From: Gemmatimonadota bacterium
Lineage (GTDB): Bacteria > JBHIER01 > G020348925
Reading direction: 5' to 3'
Length of the DNA: 64,000 nucleotides
Assembly: GCA_020348925.1 (NCBI GenBank)
Contig: CP070758.1
Location: 948,469-1,012,468 of the forward strand
Positions 1 to 9,433 of this stretch are shown one piece after another. Each line of letters opens with the position of its first letter. Position 1 is the first letter of the stretch. A program made the translations under genes and the position numbers. Under the pieces are notes generated by a model. The model was not told where the DNA came from. It made no database searches and was given only the letters and a program-made list of their open reading frames with translations.

Positions 1-1
1 T

Positions 2-283
2 TATGCTCGAGAACAGCCCGAGCACACACGAGTAGGGACATATATCCCCAAGTTGATGGTAAAGAAAAAAAGGTTGCATGTGTGGCGAGATCGAAAGGTT
101 ACAGAGTTGAAAAAATGTATGGATTGCTGCGACGCTTTCATCTGCGCAGGCGGATGTCCCTACGAATCGCTCAGAGCGAAAGGGAATCCGTATGAAACAG
201 AATGTCAGCCTGTAAGCAAAATCCTCCGAACAGGCATAGCGGCACATCTGAACTCTTTCCTGAGTGATTTTGGCCCCAGGTAA
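2..283 (+). CDS. C-terminal fragment of a radical SAM/SPASM-domain protein (5' end outside window)
   Basis: The frame is open from base 2. It carries the SPASM auxiliary-cluster motif CMDCCDAFICAGGCP...EC (Cx2Cx5Cx3C...C). Confidence 0.8.
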   Translation, partial: YAREQPEHTRVGTYIPKLMVKKKRLHVWRDRKVTELKKCMDCCDAFICAGGCPYESLRAKGNPYETECQPVSKILRTGIAAHLNSFLSDFGPR

Positions 284-319
284 TAGTAGTTCTTCTTGAG
301 ATAGGATTTGATTGAAATC

Positions 320-1636
320 ATGAGAGTAGTCTTAGTTTCACCACAATCGGAGAAGCCCTTTACCATCAGTTATAAAGTACGAAAAAGTAAATTGAGTCCA
401 CCCACGGGCATACTGTATCTGGCCTCGGCTATTCAGGACAACTTTGAGACGGCAGTAATTGACAGTCAATTTTACGACGTATCCTCGGAAAAAATAGCCG
501 AGCGGATACTTTCGTTATATCCCGATGTGGTAGGACTAAGCGTGAACTATCACTTTTTTTTGAGAAATGCAAAAAAAATTGCCCAAAACGTAAAAAAAAT
601 TGAACCGAATATTACGATTGTTTTCGGCGGAAGTTTTGCGACCTTCCTGGCCGATGAGCTCATAAAAGAAACGTTCATAGATATCGTTGTTTTAAAAGAG
701 GGTGAGGTATCGTTTGGCCTGTGTCTGAAACGATTGGAACGCAAGACATCGCTCAGGGACATTCCGGGAATTGTATTTAAAGAGAATAGCCGTACGCACC
801 GAAATGAATTTTCCTCGTACATCAATAATCTGGACAGTGTTTCTTTTCCGGATTATTCTTTTTTAGAAAATCCTGAACAGTATCTGGCAAAAATCGTGTC
901 CAGCCGCGGCTGCAATTTCAACTGTATCTACTGCACGACACCGACTATGTGGAAAAAATGGAGGGCCCGGACTCCCTCAAATATCATTGAGGAGATAAAG
1001 GACAAGGTGAGAAGATTCAACATCGATAGTTTTCACTTTGCCGACGATAACTTTTGTGTCGACAAAAAACGCATGTATGAGATTATGCATCGTATTGAAA
1101 AAGAAAATTTAGGAATCCGCCTGGGCTTTTCTTCGAGAATCGAGCTGGTGGATGACGACATGCTCGAACAATGCGCCAAAGCCAACTTCAAGACCATCTT
1201 CTTCGGGGTCGAGAGCGGAAGCGAACGCATACTGAATCATTTGAGAAGGAGATATTCAGTTTCCGATATCGAAAAAACGATTGACAAAGCTATCGAATGC
1301 GGGATCCTCCCATTTGTGTCGTTTATGATAGGGATGCCTTGGGAGACGGCCGATGATATTGAACAAACGTTCCGTCTGATGCAACGCATAAACACACCCG
1401 CCATAGGCCTCCATGTGTTCACACCGTATCCGGGCACAGAGGTGTACAATCATCCTGAAAAATACGGTATAACCGTTGAGGTGCATCATCCCGAGGATAC
1501 GATCGGTGAGACCGTCCTGCATCGCACCAGACACTTGCGTTCGGAGGATCTCAGGAAAATGTGGATCGAGGGATTAGGCATTGCCGCGAAGCGGGAAAGG
1601 GAAGCTAAGGCATATCTTGGACGGTTAGCGTTTTAA
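320..1636 (+). CDS. B12-binding radical SAM protein (class B methyltransferase-like)
   Basis: N-terminal cobalamin-binding signature (PPTGILYLAS...PDVVGLS...GGSFAT...GEGE-like KEGE), then SRGCNFNCIYC, FADDNF, GVESGS and TPYPGT. Likely ATG at 320. Confidence 0.92.
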   Translation: MRVVLVSPQSEKPFTISYKVRKSKLSPPTGILYLASAIQDNFETAVIDSQFYDVSSEKIAERILSLYPDVVGLSVNYHFFLRNAKKIAQNVKKIEPNITIVFGGSFATFLADELIKETFIDIVVLKEGEVSFGLCLKRLERKTSLRDIPGIVFKENSRTHRNEFSSYINNLDSVSFPDYSFLENPEQYLAKIVSSRGCNFNCIYCTTPTMWKKWRARTPSNIIEEIKDKVRRFNIDSFHFADDNFCVDKKRMYEIMHRIEKENLGIRLGFSSRIELVDDDMLEQCAKANFKTIFFGVESGSERILNHLRRRYSVSDIEKTIDKAIECGILPFVSFMIGMPWETADDIEQTFRLMQRINTPAIGLHVFTPYPGTEVYNHPEKYGITVEVHHPEDTIGETVLHRTRHLRSEDLRKMWIEGLGIAAKREREAKAYLGRLAF

Positions 1637-1648
1637 GACGAGAACATA

Positions 1649-2011
1649 ATGCGTGAGAAATTAATAGCAACGGTTTTCGAAGAGGTCCGAAATCTTGTCC
1701 CGATGAGAACGGACCCTCTCAAAAGCCGTCTGGAAGAAAAAGGACGGATACTCATTGTTTCTCTTCAGGGTCAGGAGAAACGCAGGGAACTGCACTGGCT
1801 GAACCGGACGGCTTCGGAAGTTCTGAACATGTGTGACGGTCGTCGTACCATCGACCAAATTGTTCAGGAAATGTCACAGACATACGCACAGACAAAAAAA
1901 GGAACCGTAACCGAGGATGTCATTTCTGCCGTCAGGGTCATGGAAGAAAAGGGCCTCGTGCGTTTCGAATCTCAATCCATATCGGCAGAGTGCGACATTT
2001 CCCATCCGTAG
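1649..2011 (+). CDS. PqqD-family RiPP recognition element (RRE)
   Basis: LNRTASEVLNMCDGRRTIDQIVQEMSQTY matches the PqqD winged-helix motif. Located between rSAM genes. Confidence 0.88.
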   Translation: MREKLIATVFEEVRNLVPMRTDPLKSRLEEKGRILIVSLQGQEKRRELHWLNRTASEVLNMCDGRRTIDQIVQEMSQTYAQTKKGTVTEDVISAVRVMEEKGLVRFESQSISAECDISHP

Positions 2012-2028
2012 AAAAAGTGTGAAGTGAC

Positions 2029-3132
2029 ATGAATGAAATGATCGAAACCCTACTCAACGACTGTAAAGGCGCTCGAATCATCGATGCGAACTGCAACATA
2101 TTCGACGCACGACGGTTGTTCCAATCCTTGATGGACAGAGATCGCGACAGCAAGAGAGCTGGAATTACACCGAAGGATGTCTTCGAGGTGCCTTTGAAAG
2201 TTCACTTCGAATACACGAGCCAGTGCAACATGGACTGCCTCTTCTGCTACAACACATCCTCAACGTCCCGAGAGCAAGGGCTCGACACCGATGAGATTGT
2301 ACGTACCATCGAAGAAATGGCTGTCATCGGGGTGATGGAGGTGGGGCTATCCGGAGGCGAAGTTTTCTGCGATCAGAAGCTTCTCCTTCGAATTATAAAA
2401 ATGCTGAACGATCATTCCATCGCAATCTCGATCAAAACAAACGGTTGGTTCTTGAACGAGAGGACCGTTGAAAAGCTCTCACCGTACACTTTTCAGAGCA
2501 TTGACGTCAGTATTGACGGCTCCAGTGAAACAGTACACGACAGAATGCGGGCAAAACCGGGAAGTTGGAGAAAAGCAATACACGCGTTGAAGCTCTTGAA
2601 GGAGGCGGGCGTATATTCAAAAGCCGCCTGCCTCGTAACGGGGGAAAATGTGGAATCCCTTGAAGATTATATCGACCTCTGTTTCTATCTGGGGGCAAAG
2701 GAAGTTATGTTCACTCCGTGCATCATGTTTGGTCGGGCCGCCCAGAACAAAGACAGGATGGGTCTCACGGAACAGCAATTCGAGGAGGCTTCGTCAATCA
2801 TTGTAAGAAAACACCTGCAGTATCGCGGTTTCATGAAAACGTATCTCGCTTTGGATTTTGGATACGAAATATTGTCAAAGGTTCTCCTCACTCAGAATTC
2901 GTGTGTCATAAGATCGGATGGGTCTGTGCACCCATCGTGTTTGATTCCGATATCCTTCGGAAATATCCGAGACCAAAAACTGAAAGACATATGGAATTCC
3001 GGTTTGAATCGATTACTTACGAAGAAAGAGGTTCAAGATTTTGTGAGTACTTTGAAATTTGAAAAAACGGCTACCCTGAGATTGCTGCGGACTTCGCTAA
3101 CCCAGGACGTTGTGCACTGTTATCACGCCTGA
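2029..3132 (+). CDS. Radical SAM protein, PqqE/MftC-like, with reduced SPASM/twitch C-terminus
   Basis: TSQCNMDCLFCY, SGGE, TNG, VSIDG and HDRMR motifs. C-terminal CVIRSDGSVHPSC...FGNIRDQKLKDIWN. Confidence 0.9.
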   Translation: MNEMIETLLNDCKGARIIDANCNIFDARRLFQSLMDRDRDSKRAGITPKDVFEVPLKVHFEYTSQCNMDCLFCYNTSSTSREQGLDTDEIVRTIEEMAVIGVMEVGLSGGEVFCDQKLLLRIIKMLNDHSIAISIKTNGWFLNERTVEKLSPYTFQSIDVSIDGSSETVHDRMRAKPGSWRKAIHALKLLKEAGVYSKAACLVTGENVESLEDYIDLCFYLGAKEVMFTPCIMFGRAAQNKDRMGLTEQQFEEASSIIVRKHLQYRGFMKTYLALDFGYEILSKVLLTQNSCVIRSDGSVHPSCLIPISFGNIRDQKLKDIWNSGLNRLLTKKEVQDFVSTLKFEKTATLRLLRTSLTQDVVHCYHA

Positions 3133-3188
3133 GGGAAGAAATTCATGTTTGGCATCGATTCCGAGAGAGAATGGTTTTAAAAAATTGC

Positions 3189-3218
3189 TTGACATCGTCA
3201 GTCATAGTTGACTATTAT
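3189..3218 (+). promoter_or_regulatory. Putative sigma70 promoter with an AGTCA-N4-TGACT palindrome in its spacer
   Basis: TTGACA (3189-3194), 18 nt, TATTAT. Palindrome at 3200-3213. Confidence 0.45.
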
Positions 3219-3448
3219 TAACGAAGTTGCAGATTCATCTTTTGGCAACGAGGAGGTGATGTTACTCGAATACGTTTACACTCCATCCGCTTCTTTTGTT
3301 TCAGCAGTACCACGAAACATTATCTTTCGAGCAATCTTGTTAGAATTATTCATGCTTAATCCTGACTTGCCGAAGTGGGTTCCATGTACGCATGAGTGTA
3401 AAGTTTTTCACAAGGATTCGGTCACATATCCAAGGGGAGGATTTTCAA

Positions 3449-3814
3449 ATGACAACAAATGACAAGAAAGGTCGGAGCGACGAAAATCGAGAGGCAAAAC
3501 CAACGGACAAACAGAACCAGACTGAACGGCGTCAATTCCTGAGGGATGCAGCGGCTGCCGCAGCAGGTGCGGCCCTTTTAACTGCCGGTGCGGGAAAAGC
3601 CATGGCACAAGAATGTCCGAAAAAGAAGTTAACTCTCGATGAGATGAAGGCATTTATGAGAGATATTTCAAGTGCGGCTGATGTTGACATGGAAAAAGTC
3701 GATGCACAGCTTGCAATTGTTGAGCAATATATGAGGCCTCTTGTTGATGAGGATGGCAACATTCCTGACGCCTATGTCAATGCTTTGCTGGCGCAGCCAA
3801 CATTGGGGGCATAA
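3449..3814 (+). CDS. Small twin-arginine (Tat) signal protein; candidate substrate of the upstream rSAM cluster
   Basis: GGAGG RBS before ATG 3449. ERRQFLR, an Ala-rich h-region and an AMA cleavage motif; 68-aa predicted mature part. Confidence 0.8.
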   Translation: MTTNDKKGRSDENREAKPTDKQNQTERRQFLRDAAAAAAGAALLTAGAGKAMAQECPKKKLTLDEMKAFMRDISSAADVDMEKVDAQLAIVEQYMRPLVDEDGNIPDAYVNALLAQPTLGA

Positions 3815-4089
3815 GGGCAGATATTTCTATAATTCCCTATATACGGAACAAAAGGAAAGTTCTTTTGAGATGGAGAATGCGCCGTGAGAGCGTTTGTTCT
3901 GTATAGCTTCTTCACAGTAGGATAATGCTGTGTTATAATACTAATAATTTGATGGCCATAGCTTGCACCCAAGACCTCCTGACGTTAAGGAGAAAAATAA
4001 AAAAATCGTCGTACTTGAGGCTGTACCTTTTTGGGATTATCCAATACCAAAGGTTCTAAGATATCACGAGTTGTTATCATACGTAAAGG

Positions 4090-6078
4090 ATGGGATCCAT
4101 GTTAAGAATCGGTTTGCGTAGGGCATTTTTATTAGCTGTCGTTACGGCAATCGCCATTTTTTCCGGATTGAGCCTCGGGGATTCCTATTACTTCGAGTTG
4201 GAAACACCTGTATGCTTCGACCCTCATGGGATCGAGTACTATCCTGAGCATGGTACTTTTGTTCTCATCGACCCTACCTATGATTTCATGTATGAAGTTG
4301 GGCCTGAAGGGCATCTTGTTTCCAAACACGACTTAGGGACTCCCGCATGTTTTGATCCCGAAAAGATCGCCCACCACCCTGAGAGAGGGACGTTCTTCCT
4401 CATTGATCCCGACTACGATATGTTCTTTGAGGTAACGCCTACCGGTGGATTGGTTTCCTCGTGGGATGTTGACATCCCGACATGTTTTGATCCCGACGGG
4501 ATCGAGTACTATCCTGAGCATGGAACCTTTCTCCTGACCGATCCCGCCTACGATTTCATGTATGAAGTTGGGCCTGAAGGGCATCTTGTTTCCACACACG
4601 ATTTAGGAACTCCCGCATGTTTTGATCCCCACCTGATCGCTTATCATCCCGGACAGCTCAACGTTTGGTTCTGTGATCCTGATGAGGATTTAAAGTACAT
4701 CTATATACTTCAGTCTGTCTTTGAACCCGATGATCCCCTTTTCGATCCCATGGATATGCATCCCTCTGATGGTGTGATCCCTCCTGATCTTGTACCCGAA
4801 TATCCCATTGATTCAGGATTCATCGTATTCGTCGATCCTTTATGTGATGCGCTTATAGTTCATCCCATGGACACGGATGGAGATACCATCCCTGATTTCT
4901 ACGATAACTGTCCTGATATGTATAATCCCGATCAGGTGGACAGCGACGGCGATGGAATCGGCGATGCCTGCGAAATCTGCGAAGGTATGAGAGGGGATCC
5001 CAACGGCGATGGAGAGAGTAATATTCTGGATGTTCTGTATCTGGTACGCGGTATTCTCAATCTTGAGGATTTATCCTTTTGTGAACGTGTGAACGGCGAC
5101 TGCGATGGCAGCGGTGGTCAAATCGATATTCTGGATGTGTTGGGAACGGTCAATTTAGTACTGAGAATTTCCACCTGCGTCACCTCCTGTGAGGAGTTGA
5201 ACTGCGACGACAATAATCCGTGTACAAGAGATTACTGTAACCGGTTGCATGCGCGATGTATCCATGCTGCAGTTGCCGGCGGGATACCCTGTAATGACGG
5301 GAATCTCTGCACCGATAACGACCTGTGTGCCGATGGCGTCTGCCTGGGCACACCGAAGGACTGCGACGACGGCGACCCGTGCACACAGGACATCTGTAAC
5401 CCGGCGGACGGTACGTGTTACCACTCTTACATCGGCGAGCCGGAGATATGCGACGACGGTATTGACAATGACTGTGACGGACTCATCGATTGCGACGATG
5501 ACGACTGCATTGTCGATTATGATGGGGACGGGTACTCCGACGAACCCTGCGGCGACGATTGTGACGATGAGGACAGGAATACCTATCCAGGAGCCCTGGA
5601 ACTCTGCGACGGAGTGGACAACGACTGCGACGACCAGATCCCGGCCGACGAGGCCGACAATGACCAGGACGGCTACAGGGTGTGTGATGGTGTCTGCGAT
5701 GACAGCGAGGACGTGATCTTTCCAAGGGCTCCGGAACTCTGCGACGGAATGGACAACGACTGCGACAGCCAGATCCCGGCCGACGAGGCCGACAACGACC
5801 AGGACGGCTCCAGGGTCTGTGATGGTGACTGCGATGACAACGACGACGATATCTTTCCAGGGGCTCCGGAACTCTGCGACGGAATGGACAACGACTGCGA
5901 CGACCAAATCCCGGCCGACGAGGCCGACAACGACCAGGACGGCTACAGGGTCTGTGATGGTGACTGCGACGACGGCGACCGGACCATCAATCCAGGGGCC
6001 ACGGAGAATTGCAACGACCGCATTGACAATGACTGCGATGGTTTGACAGACTACGATGACGCGGAGGATTGTCCCTGA
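4090..6078 (+). CDS. Secreted modular protein: 45-aa PxCFDP propeller-like repeats, thrombospondin type-3 repeat, dockerin, Dictyostelium-type Cys repeats, MopE-like metal-binding repeats
   Basis: Signal peptide; DTDGDTIPDFYDNCP (TSP3); GDPNGDG..ILDV / GDCDG..ILDV (dockerin); CDDNNPCTRDYC; ELCDGxDNDCD repeats. Confidence 0.88.
   Translation: MGSMLRIGLRRAFLLAVVTAIAIFSGLSLGDSYYFELETPVCFDPHGIEYYPEHGTFVLIDPTYDFMYEVGPEGHLVSKHDLGTPACFDPEKIAHHPERGTFFLIDPDYDMFFEVTPTGGLVSSWDVDIPTCFDPDGIEYYPEHGTFLLTDPAYDFMYEVGPEGHLVSTHDLGTPACFDPHLIAYHPGQLNVWFCDPDEDLKYIYILQSVFEPDDPLFDPMDMHPSDGVIPPDLVPEYPIDSGFIVFVDPLCDALIVHPMDTDGDTIPDFYDNCPDMYNPDQVDSDGDGIGDACEICEGMRGDPNGDGESNILDVLYLVRGILNLEDLSFCERVNGDCDGSGGQIDILDVLGTVNLVLRISTCVTSCEELNCDDNNPCTRDYCNRLHARCIHAAVAGGIPCNDGNLCTDNDLCADGVCLGTPKDCDDGDPCTQDICNPADGTCYHSYIGEPEICDDGIDNDCDGLIDCDDDDCIVDYDGDGYSDEPCGDDCDDEDRNTYPGALELCDGVDNDCDDQIPADEADNDQDGYRVCDGVCDDSEDVIFPRAPELCDGMDNDCDSQIPADEADNDQDGSRVCDGDCDDNDDDIFPGAPELCDGMDNDCDDQIPADEADNDQDGYRVCDGDCDDGDRTINPGATENCNDRIDNDCDGLTDYDDAEDCP
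4204..4710 (+). repeat. Four intragenic 135-bp (45-aa) repeats; units 1 and 3 nearly identical
   Basis: xPxCFDP starts at 4204, 4339, 4474 and 4609. ATCGAGTACTATCCTGAGCATGG occurs at 4231 and 4501. Confidence 0.9.
5599..6003 (+). repeat. Three intragenic 135-bp tandem repeats (ELCDGxDNDCDxQIPADEADNDQDG...)
   Basis: GAACTCTGCGACGGA at 5599, 5734 and 5869. Confidence 0.92.
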
Positions 6079-6399
6079 TTGGAGAAATCTATACTGTGAA
6101 AAACCTTTCCAGATACCCTCTACCTCAGACCGGGCATTCCTAATTCCTGCAGCATCATGATGGCAAATCATTTGACACAGTTTGCCAATTCTGATTAATA
6201 TCAACAAGAGGTGAGGTGATGTGCTTGCATGTGTTCGAGTCTTGCAGTCATATCCTCATCTTGGACTGCATGTGATTTTTTAAATCCATAGTGATTCTTC
6301 GCGTGCAGATTCCGATTTGTGCCCGAAATAGGAATCCAGAACATAGTAGATCATGCCGTTATTAATGTTGAAATAGGATATTTTCGAACCGGAGGAAAA

Positions 6400-7309
6400 A
6401 TGAACAGAATGCGTTTATTAATATTTGTGACATTCGCGGTAGGAAGTCTCGGAATAATAACAGACAAGGTTTATGCAGTCAACGAAACCGACTCCCTGGC
6501 ATTGGTTGCTATATATAATAGCACTGATGGTACAAACTGGACGGACAACTCCAACTGGCTGACAGGACCTGTTTCAACCTGGTACGGTATTACCGTATCT
6601 GGCGATAATGTGACTAAGATCGATTTGGGGTATAATAACTTAGTGGGGACAATTCCCCCTGAAATCGGCAATCTCTCAAATCTAAAGCAGTTGGATTTAT
6701 ACCGTAACCAACTTTCAGGTCCCATTCCAGCCCAAATAGGTAATTTGACGAATCTGACCGACTTATCACTGAATCAAAATGCACTTTCAGGCCCTATTCC
6801 AAGTGAAATAGGCAATTTGACAAATTTGACATTTTTAACTTTCTACAATAATGAACTATCAGGTTCTATTCCAAGTGCTATAGGAGATCTGATAAATCTG
6901 CACACTTTATCACTTGGCTACAACCAATTATCGGATAGTATTCCGTCAGTTATCGGGAATCTGACCAATATGAAAGCTTTGGTTCTTCAAGACAATCAAT
7001 TATCAGGTTCCATTCCTCCTGAAATAGGACATCTCACCAATTTGAACAGTTTAGATTTACACAATAATCAACTCTCAGGTTTCATACCACCTGAGATAGG
7101 TAATCTGACCAATTTGAAAAGTTTGAATTTTAATCAGAACCGACTTTCAGGTTCAATTCCTTTGGAAATTGGTAACCTTACAGGTTTAACGGGATTGTAT
7201 CTTTATGGAAATCAACTCACCGGTTCCATCCCCACTGAAATTGGGAATCTGACTCTTTTAGAAGGCTTGAACCTTTCTATCAATCAACTTTCAGGCTCCA
7301 TTCCTTCAG
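6400..7309 (+). CDS. Secreted leucine-rich repeat protein (plant-type 24-aa LRR), truncated by gap
   Basis: GGAGG before ATG 6400; DSLALVAIYNSTDG..W..W cap; repeated LxLxxNQLSGxIPxEIGNL. Confidence 0.9.
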
Positions 7310-7409
7310 NNNNNNNNNNNNNNNNNNNNNNNNNNNNNNNNNNNNNNNNNNNNNNNNNNNNNNNNNNNNNNNNNNNNNNNNNNNNNNNNNNNNNNNNNNN
7401 NNNNNNNNN

Positions 7410-7549
7410 CAGTGATTCTCAAACCTGGTAGTATCCATAGAACTCCAGGTAATACCAAAGGCCGTATTATCCCCATCCGGCTGCCCCAGGGCAACCGAAA
7501 CCAAAAGGCCCATGGCCAGCACGACACAAAGAACGCTTAGCCTCTTCAT
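7410..7549 (-). CDS. N-terminus of a secreted protein, truncated by gap
   Basis: AAGGAG RBS; signal peptide MKRLSVLCVVLAMGLLVSVALG. Confidence 0.7.
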
Positions 7550-7794
7550 CGCTTTCTCCTTAATGTATTCTCCTCATCTCCCCCATTAATATCACAAAGG
7601 GAACATGAGATCTTGTTTCGGATTGTTAATGGATTAAAAAGGTTGTCACCAAAGAAGAATCACATCACGATTCGTCTAGCGATGAAACCCAGAATGATTT
7701 GTAAGAGAATGGATTACAGTTATCACCTCCTTTCTCTTCTAATATTTTGAAACGTAAACGTATATCGCTCGTAAATCACCTCCTTTCAATTGCT

Positions 7795-7808
7795 TCGAAG
7801 CGATTCGA
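7795..7808. promoter_or_regulatory. LacI-type operator copy (TCGAAGCGATTCGA)
   Basis: 14-bp near-palindrome with central CG; same pattern as the sites at 7937 and 15655. Confidence 0.65.
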
Positions 7809-7936
7809 TAATAAAGTGTCAGGAAACACGAAGTGTCCTGTCGTTCACTCCCAACAATATGGGCTATTTTATTCATAATGCTTGGAAACCGCTGTAACAA
7901 AACTATACTAAGAAGAGGTCGGTAGAATCAAAATAC

Positions 7937-7982
7937 TCGAACCGTTTCGACATATAATAAAAACTTTTACCCTCCCTGTCAA
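7937..7982 (-). promoter_or_regulatory. Sigma70 promoter plus LacI-type operator
   Basis: Minus strand TTGACA-N17-TATTAT (7982-7954), followed by the operator (plus-strand TCGAACCGTTTCGA, 7937-7950). Confidence 0.8.
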
Positions 7983-8019
7983 GTGTTTTTTTGCTCGTAT
8001 AAGAACTTTTCTCACAAAA

Positions 8020-9426
8020 TTATTCAAGAATCCGCAGATTATTCAAGACATCCCCCTTAAAAATGCCAATCTTTTTCCCCAGACGATCTTTCCCCACAGC
8101 TACCCTCTCCCCTTCTGGACTCCCGTAAATTCGAAATCCATTGATGGTTTCTAAGAATCCGTAATGATAATATTTTTCCGCAACGGGATTATTCACAATG
8201 GTCAACAGGATCATTAATGCCTCAAGAGTAGATTCAGCTCCTGAATTAAGATTGATTTCACTGGGACTATTGATACCGTCATACCCTCTGCCTGTCTCTG
8301 GACAGTACATTTCTCGACGAGCAGGATTATTTCCTCTGAGCCACGAGGCCACCAACCCAGCCAGTTTTGCGTATTTATCATCTCCAGTGGTTTCGTAGAG
8401 CTCAATCAAGCCCGAAACCATAGGCCGAATACCGTAAGAGATTTGAGGGAATCGATCTATTTTAGATTCTCCTTGAATCGAGACCTCAAAACTGTGGAGA
8501 AAATTTTCTGAGATTAAATGGATGTAAAAATTGTCCGCTTCCGTCTGGGCGGAGGCCATCCACTCCCTCTCTCCGAAGATTCTACCCGCACGGGCCAGGG
8601 CCTGGACCTGTCCATTTCCCCAGGCATGCCAATAGTTTTTCCAACTGAGATGGGCTCCGTAAGGGAACCGATCGAATCGTCCAAGCTGGTATTCAACCAA
8701 GGCTTGAGCGAACATTCTTATCATCTCTTCCACCCGAGGATCAGGGTGGATACTCCAATAGTCCAACAGAGCCAGGACAACCTCGGAGGTGGCATCTCCC
8801 CCTTCGGATACCAACCAGTCGGGGATTTGTATCCCAGCCACGGACGAGTATTTCCCGTGATTTTTCAAAAAGCTCCTCAGAGGGACAAAGGTACGTTCAA
8901 TATGTGTGCGTAAGCTGTCTGCAAATAGTACGTCTATGGTGTTGAAAACTCTGTATCCATGGCACAATGCTCTCAGTCCACGGACCGCCCAGAATGAGAA
9001 GGATTTCTGGCTGGTCCTACCTTTGACATTGATAGTATGATCCTTATGAATAAAATTGAAGAATTCCCCATCCTCCTCCATGTACATCACGAAATTGAGG
9101 GCCCTCTTGGCCTTTTCCAATGATTTGTTGTCTCCAATGAGTTCGTAATGTTTAAGATAGACTAATACCGATCTGGCCACATCGTCCACACAAGCAATAC
9201 CTTCCCCCTCAGCTTCGACCCACTGATAGTCCGGGTGTTCGGAGTAGATATGGGAAATTATCATGAAAGTCCCGTCTATCTCAACATGTTCATTCAAGTA
9301 ATCCAGATGTTGTAGATTGATAAGTTGAGTAATCCCCCAGTTTTTCTCACTGCTTGAGCATTGAACAAAGAGCCCTGCAGTACAGATGATCAGTAAAACC
9401 GATGAGACTTTGAACAGTGTTGCCAT
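8020..9426 (-). CDS. Putative lipoprotein, six-hairpin glycosidase-like, uncharacterised
   Basis: Lipobox-like FVQC; ACVDDVAR and GYDGI...NSGAESTLE motifs; last gene of the sugar ABC operon. Confidence 0.6.
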   Translation of the reverse strand: MATLFKVSSVLLIICTAGLFVQCSSSEKNWGITQLINLQHLDYLNEHVEIDGTFMIISHIYSEHPDYQWVEAEGEGIACVDDVARSVLVYLKHYELIGDNKSLEKAKRALNFVMYMEEDGEFFNFIHKDHTINVKGRTSQKSFSFWAVRGLRALCHGYRVFNTIDVLFADSLRTHIERTFVPLRSFLKNHGKYSSVAGIQIPDWLVSEGGDATSEVVLALLDYWSIHPDPRVEEMIRMFAQALVEYQLGRFDRFPYGAHLSWKNYWHAWGNGQVQALARAGRIFGEREWMASAQTEADNFYIHLISENFLHSFEVSIQGESKIDRFPQISYGIRPMVSGLIELYETTGDDKYAKLAGLVASWLRGNNPARREMYCPETGRGYDGINSPSEINLNSGAESTLEALMILLTIVNNPVAEKYYHYGFLETINGFRIYGSPEGERVAVGKDRLGKKIGIFKGDVLNNLRILE

Positions 9427-9433
9427 CTCTCCT

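Noticed and set aside
3208-3462. 84-aa ORF with CTHEC as the RiPP precursor
   Set aside because: It starts inside the predicted promoter, the internal ATG is too close to the SD, and it overlaps the Tat gene start. Not excluded, but unsupported.
4204-6003. 135-bp periodic repeats as a CRISPR array or DGR template
   Set aside because: They are in-frame protein repeats without spacers, and no cas or reverse transcriptase gene is present.
5155-6207. 350-aa antisense ORF and other long shadow ORFs (e.g. 11396-12235, 10389-10997)
   Set aside because: They overlap well-supported genes, and their composition is explained by the codon pattern of the real gene.
6319-7549. ORFs spanning N-gaps (also 27526-27988, 31047-31420)
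   Set aside because: These are artefacts of translating through Ns; adjacency across gaps is itself unverified.
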